From assembly GCF_000025945.1 (NCBI RefSeq), contig NC_006138.1, positions 1-32,000 of the forward strand: a stretch of 32,000 nt of DNA, given 5' to 3'. Origin of the DNA: Desulfotalea psychrophila LSv54. GTDB taxonomy: Bacteria > Desulfobacterota > Desulfobulbia > Desulfobulbales > Desulfocapsaceae. Shown here in pieces: positions 28,171 through 32,000 of this stretch. Under the pieces are notes generated by a model. It saw only the letters and a program-made list of their open reading frames with translations. It made no database searches and had not been told where the DNA came from. Made by a program: the position numbers and the translations under genes. How positions within the stretch are numbered: position 1 is the first letter of the stretch; the number at the start of each line of letters is the position of its first letter.

Positions 28171-28482
28171 AGAGCTGTGAGCTATCAGCTGTCAGTTAAA
28201 GCAGCACAGCTCAAGAGCTACATGCTGTCCTCGCAGTTAATCTCCCGCTATTTGCCTTCGCCATGCCGCTACGCTTCACTGCTGCCATTACGCTACGCCA
28301 CTCGTTGTCGCTCGCTGCTGCTTCACTGCTGCCATTTCGCTCGCCACTCGTTCGCCGCTACGCTGCTGACGCCACTCGTTTGACGCCACTCGCTGCTACT
28401 CACTGCTACTCACTGCTACTCGCTGCTACTCCACTGCTACAGCTTTCTTCCCCTCCGTGTACTCACAAGCAGTGGTTAACCC
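28171..28482. repeat. Intergenic mosaic dyad rich in CACTGCTGC / CGCCACTCG words with a 10-bp phased sub-array
   Basis: The left arm is agagctgtgagctatcagctgtcagttaaagcagc. The right arm has repeated gctacgcttcactgctgccatt / tcgctcgccactcgtt words, then 4 x cRctgctact decamers (28391-28430), then cctccgtgtactcacaagcagtggttaac (28452-28480). Confidence 0.85.
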
Positions 28483-29657
28483 TTTTTCTCTGCCCTCTGC
28501 AAAACCTCCCGAACAATAACACAAGTCTTTTCAATCTCAGCCTCAGTCAAGGTCGGATGGACCAAAAACATCAAACTGGTCTGACCAAGTTCACGGGCAT
28601 TGGCAAGGGGAACTTCGGGTCGCCAACCAGTACCGTCAAAGGCCTTCTCCCGATAGACCTCAGAACAACTACCCTGAAAGCAGGGTACTCCACGGGCAAC
28701 AATCTCTTCGACAATACGATCACGGCTCCAGCCAGAAGCCAGGTCGTCAGGACAAACAAAGAGGTAATGTTTATAACAGGCATGCACACAATCCTCCGGC
28801 ACCTCGACTCGACGTACGACAGACAGATCTGCTACGACATCATCAATGGCATGGGCATTCATCCTCCGAGCGGCTGTCCACTGCTCCATACGGTGCAATT
28901 GAATGCGACCAATGGTGGCCTGCATCTCGGTCATGCGCCAATTGGTGCCAAAGCTCTCGTGCAACCAACGAAATCCTGGTGGATGCTCCTTTTCATATAC
29001 AGCCTCATAGCTTTTTCCATGATCCTTATAACTCCACATTTTGGACCATAGTTCTCGATCATTGGTGGTCACCATCCCACCCTCACCACCGGTGCTCATG
29101 ATCTTGTCCTGACAAAATGACCAGGCTCCAATATGACCAATGGTACCCACACTACGCCCCTTATATCGAGCGCCATGGGCCTGGGCACAATCCTCCACGA
29201 CATAGAGACTATGGGCTTTCGCAAGTTCCATAATGGCATCCATCTCTGCAGGCATACCTGCTAGATGGACCACAATAATCGCCTTGGTCTTCTTGGTAAT
29301 ATGCAGTTCAATTGTTTCTGCACAGATATTCTGACTATTTCGATCAAGATCTGCGAAAACCGGGACAGCACCGGCAGTAACAATGGATGAGGCCGTTGCC
29401 AGAAAAGTTCGGGAGGTGGTTATCACCTCATCGCCCTTTCCTATACCAAGGGCCTTTAGGGCTAGATCAAGAGCAAGGGTACCATTACCAAGGGCCACAG
29501 CATGGGAACAGCCAGCCCACCGAGCAAATTCCTGCTCAAAAAGGCGGCACTCCTGCCCAGTCCAATAATTTACTTTATTAGAGAGAAGTACACGGGAAAC
29601 AGCATCGGCCTCTTCTTGAGAGAAAGAGGGCCAGGGAGAAAAGGAGGCATTTGACAC
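28476..29657 (-). CDS. DegT/DnrJ/EryC1/StrS-family sugar aminotransferase (PglE-like)
   Basis: It has a PLP-dependent fold, the active-site region SFCQDKIMSTGGEGGMV with the conserved lysine context, and the N-terminus WP.FSQEEADAVSRVL. The start is GTG. The TAA stop lies inside the GTTAAC of the flanking repeat word. Confidence 0.85.
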   Translation of the reverse strand: MSNASFSPWPSFSQEEADAVSRVLLSNKVNYWTGQECRLFEQEFARWAGCSHAVALGNGTLALDLALKALGIGKGDEVITTSRTFLATASSIVTAGAVPVFADLDRNSQNICAETIELHITKKTKAIIVVHLAGMPAEMDAIMELAKAHSLYVVEDCAQAHGARYKGRSVGTIGHIGAWSFCQDKIMSTGGEGGMVTTNDRELWSKMWSYKDHGKSYEAVYEKEHPPGFRWLHESFGTNWRMTEMQATIGRIQLHRMEQWTAARRMNAHAIDDVVADLSVVRRVEVPEDCVHACYKHYLFVCPDDLASGWSRDRIVEEIVARGVPCFQGSCSEVYREKAFDGTGWRPEVPLANARELGQTSLMFLVHPTLTEAEIEKTCVIVREVLQRAEKKG

Positions 29658-29679
29658 GGAAATATCCTAAATAAGAGAG

Positions 29680-30300
29680 TTACAAAAGAGGTCGGGCTGG
29701 CACACCAGCTACAACAGAGTTATCAGCAATATCGGCAAGAACCACCGATCCTGCCCCAACCATAACATGAGCACCAATATTCACTAACTGCTTCACAGAG
29801 GAACCGATTCCCAACCAAGAGGCAACACCGACACAAACACCACCTGCCAAGGCTACCTGCGGGCTTAGGTGAACCGCATCTGCTAGTTGACAATCATGCT
29901 CTACAATAGCCCCTGTATTGACAATACAGGCATCACCAATCTGAGCAAAAGGATTCAAGATTGCCCCAGCCATAACCACAGTCCCCACGCCCAAGATCGC
30001 ATAAGGACTCACCACAGCACGAGGGTGTACCAAGCTAACAAGATCAGCTTCCACAGACATCAAAACTTTTTGCTTTTGATAACGAATGATATTATCGCCA
30101 ATAGCCACCACACAACCTTGATATTGAGCAAGGGACCCAATAAGATCGGCACTGTCTCCAACAATTTGCCAGGGGCCTAGGCTACTCTTTTGCGGCCATG
30201 CATCATCAAAAAATACAACATCATCCCAACCGGAGCAGAGGGCAATATCGGCAACGACCTTCCCATGCCCACTCGCCCCTAATATGGCTAATTTTTTCAT
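29680..30300 (-). CDS. NeuD/PglD/PglB-family hexapeptide sugar N-acetyltransferase
   Basis: The N-terminal Rossmann-like KLAILGASGHGKVVADIA is followed by C-terminal LbH repeats (IGDACIVNTGAIVEHDCQLADAVHLSP). Length is 206 aa. It overlaps the upstream gene by 4 nt. Confidence 0.85.
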   Translation of the reverse strand: MKKLAILGASGHGKVVADIALCSGWDDVVFFDDAWPQKSSLGPWQIVGDSADLIGSLAQYQGCVVAIGDNIIRYQKQKVLMSVEADLVSLVHPRAVVSPYAILGVGTVVMAGAILNPFAQIGDACIVNTGAIVEHDCQLADAVHLSPQVALAGGVCVGVASWLGIGSSVKQLVNIGAHVMVGAGSVVLADIADNSVVAGVPARPLL

Positions 30301-30893
30301 CTCTTTGAGCCTTGAAATTTTGTCATTGTCTCACAACCACCGCCACTGATCCCTTCCCGGACAAACACCTTCTTTACCGTCAAAAGCAGTATTTTGATAT
30401 CAAGCCATAGTGACTGATTATCCACATACCAGACATCAAGCTGAAACTTTTCTTCCCAAGAGATAGCATTACGACCATTTATCTGCGCCCAGCCGCTTAC
30501 CCCTGGACGCACCTCATGACGTCGCCTCTGCTCATCGGTATACAGCGGGAGATATTCCACAAGCAGAGGGCGTGGACCAACCAAGCTCATATCCCCCTTC
30601 AAGACATTCCACAGGCCCGGTAACTCATCCAGGCTTGTGGAGCGCAACCTCTTACCAAAAGAGGTCAAACGCTCCTCATCAGCCAAAGGCCTACCGCTCC
30701 CATCAAAGGCATCTCGCATGGTGCGAAACTTCACCATAGTAAAGAGATTACCATCTTTCCCTGGACGGACCTGACGAAACAATACTGGAGAACCCAGCTT
30801 TTTTCGAATCTGCCAGGCAACAACAATAATCATAGGCAATAAAAAAAATAGCCCTGTACCTGAAGCAATAATATCAAATATTCTTTTAATCAC
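30297..30893 (-). CDS. Small (PglC-type) undecaprenyl-phosphate sugar-1-phosphate transferase
   Basis: It starts MIKRIFDI with a single N-terminal re-entrant helix, then PVLFRQVRPGKDG..F...KFRTM and DELPGLWNVLKGDMSLVGPRP. The GTG start overlaps the TGA stop of the GT4 gene (GTGA). Confidence 0.88.
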   Translation of the reverse strand: MIKRIFDIIASGTGLFFLLPMIIVVAWQIRKKLGSPVLFRQVRPGKDGNLFTMVKFRTMRDAFDGSGRPLADEERLTSFGKRLRSTSLDELPGLWNVLKGDMSLVGPRPLLVEYLPLYTDEQRRRHEVRPGVSGWAQINGRNAISWEEKFQLDVWYVDNQSLWLDIKILLLTVKKVFVREGISGGGCETMTKFQGSKR

Positions 30894-32000
30894 TCTATTC
30901 CCATTTCAGAAAGCATATGTGCATTTACCTTATGCACATCATATTTTTCTTCCGCGATTCTGCGCGACTCTGCACCCATCTCAGCAACCAATTCCGGATT
31001 TTCAATAAACTTCTGCATCACATCAACAAGAGCAGCCACAGACTTAACCGACACTAAATAACCATTTAAGCCATCGATAACTGTTTCACGGCAACCAGGG
31101 GCATCTGTAGTAATCACCGCTCGCCCCATAGCCATGGCCTCTAGCACGGTTCTGGGGGTACCCTCCCGGTAAGACGGTAGCACATACACACCGCAACCAG
31201 CAATGGCCGGCCGGACATCATCAAGTTTACCTAAATACTCCACAGTGCCTGCGGCAACCCAATCATCTAACTCCTGCCGTTTAATTGCATCCGGATTGTC
31301 ATCTATCCACCCCACGAGTTGAAATTGCGCCTGAGGATATATAATCTTTACTTGCACTGCCGCCTGGACATATTCGCGTACGCCTTTATCACCTAGCAAC
31401 CGGGCAATCAATAAAAAATGCGGTGATTTCGGCAAAAGAACTTGTTGGTACTCTGCCACATCCACTCCCGAGCCATTGACAATGCGGGACGCCACTTTGG
31501 CAGAAAGAATACCGAGCTTACGAAACAGCTCTTCATCATCTGGATTCTGAAAAAAGACCTTGTCCACCCTACCTAGGGCAAAGCGATATAACCGTTGGAT
31601 AAGCGTCTTAAGCAGCCCTCTCTTACCGCCGGCTTGGCCGGTAAATGCGTAACCAAGGCCAGTGATCAGCGCAAAACGGCGCGGCACTCTGGCCAACCAA
31701 GCGGCAAGACTGCCGTAAACAACAGGCTTGATGGTATAACCCAGCACAAATCTCGGCTTTATCTTTATCATCAACCGGTACAGTTCTAGTATAGTGCTAA
31801 GGTCTGCCACCGGATTCACACCGGTTCGCTGCAATCCAATAACATGCACACTTACCCCTTTGCCAGTAAGCGCCTGATGGATGGCATCACCCTCGGCCAG
31901 ATTTGGTACAGCAACATGCACCTCCAAACGCCTGGCCAACAGAGCGTCAATCAAAGGGCCGCGGAATTTAATCAACGAATCGGGAAAACTGGCAATCAGT
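30890..32000 (-). CDS. Family 4 glycosyltransferase (PglA-like), N-terminus outside the window
   Basis: It has the GT-B C-terminal EX7E region PSYREGTPRTVLEAMAMGRAVITTD. The ORF-track start at 31975 is TTG and the frame stays open to the window edge (..LIASFPDSLIKFRGPLI), so the gene is probably 5'-truncated here. Confidence 0.8.
   Translation of the reverse strand, partial: LIASFPDSLIKFRGPLIDALLARRLEVHVAVPNLAEGDAIHQALTGKGVSVHVIGLQRTGVNPVADLSTILELYRLMIKIKPRFVLGYTIKPVVYGSLAAWLARVPRRFALITGLGYAFTGQAGGKRGLLKTLIQRLYRFALGRVDKVFFQNPDDEELFRKLGILSAKVASRIVNGSGVDVAEYQQVLLPKSPHFLLIARLLGDKGVREYVQAAVQVKIIYPQAQFQLVGWIDDNPDAIKRQELDDWVAAGTVEYLGKLDDVRPAIAGCGVYVLPSYREGTPRTVLEAMAMGRAVITTDAPGCRETVIDGLNGYLVSVKSVAALVDVMQKFIENPELVAEMGAESRRIAEEKYDVHKVNAHMLSEMGIE

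Noticed and set aside
28263-29051. 262-aa ORF on the plus strand
   Set aside because: The N-terminal half translates the CACTGCTGC/CGCCACTCG repeat words. The remainder is antisense to the DegT-family aminotransferase.

Overview
This 32-kb chromosomal window may come from a Desulfobacterota/deltaproteobacterial-type genome. That is only a guess from protein flavour (mitochondrial/spd-like EF-G, eukaryote-type HisA, HDOD protein).

Gene content:
- 0-8 kb holds mixed housekeeping and signalling genes: a zinc-ribbon SAM methyltransferase, an RNase H-fold exonuclease, an MBL hydrolase, an HDOD protein, hisA-like, a small RecA/DnaB-like ATPase and fusA.
- 8.9-11 kb holds an orphan 453-aa protein whose C-terminal half looks by eye like a degenerate RelA/SpoT (small alarmone synthetase) fold. 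It also holds a DUF559 endonuclease gene flanked by ~40-bp inverted repeats.
- 11.3-32 kb is a surface-polysaccharide/O-antigen locus. It contains GT2, ugd, a frameshifted GT10 fucosyltransferase, an OafA-type acyltransferase, an LbH acetyltransferase, a Wzy/O-antigen-ligase-family protein, galU, fcl, gmd, galE and a pglA-pglC-pglD-pglE-like diNAc-bacillosamine module.

The most unusual feature is non-coding. Roughly 5 kb (by eye, ~15%) of the window is a modular mosaic of short sequence words:
- GTTAACCACAGAG
- CACAGAGA
- TTTTAGRTAAAG
- AGCAGTGGAG
- GCGGAATGGCGA
- AGCTGTCAGC heptads
- AGATACG heptads

These words fill almost every spacer between transcription units. They sit in one orientation on the left side of a spacer and the inverse orientation on the right, so each spacer is a long imperfect dyad. 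Local expansions include a perfect 40-copy AGATACG heptamer array 24 bp upstream of the wzy-like gene and a ~185-bp unit repeated 3.6 times upstream of the RelA/SpoT-like ORF.

I recognised no tRNA, rRNA, CRISPR, transposase, integrase or phage genes. All protein calls rest on motif recognition by eye from the supplied translations. No searches were run.
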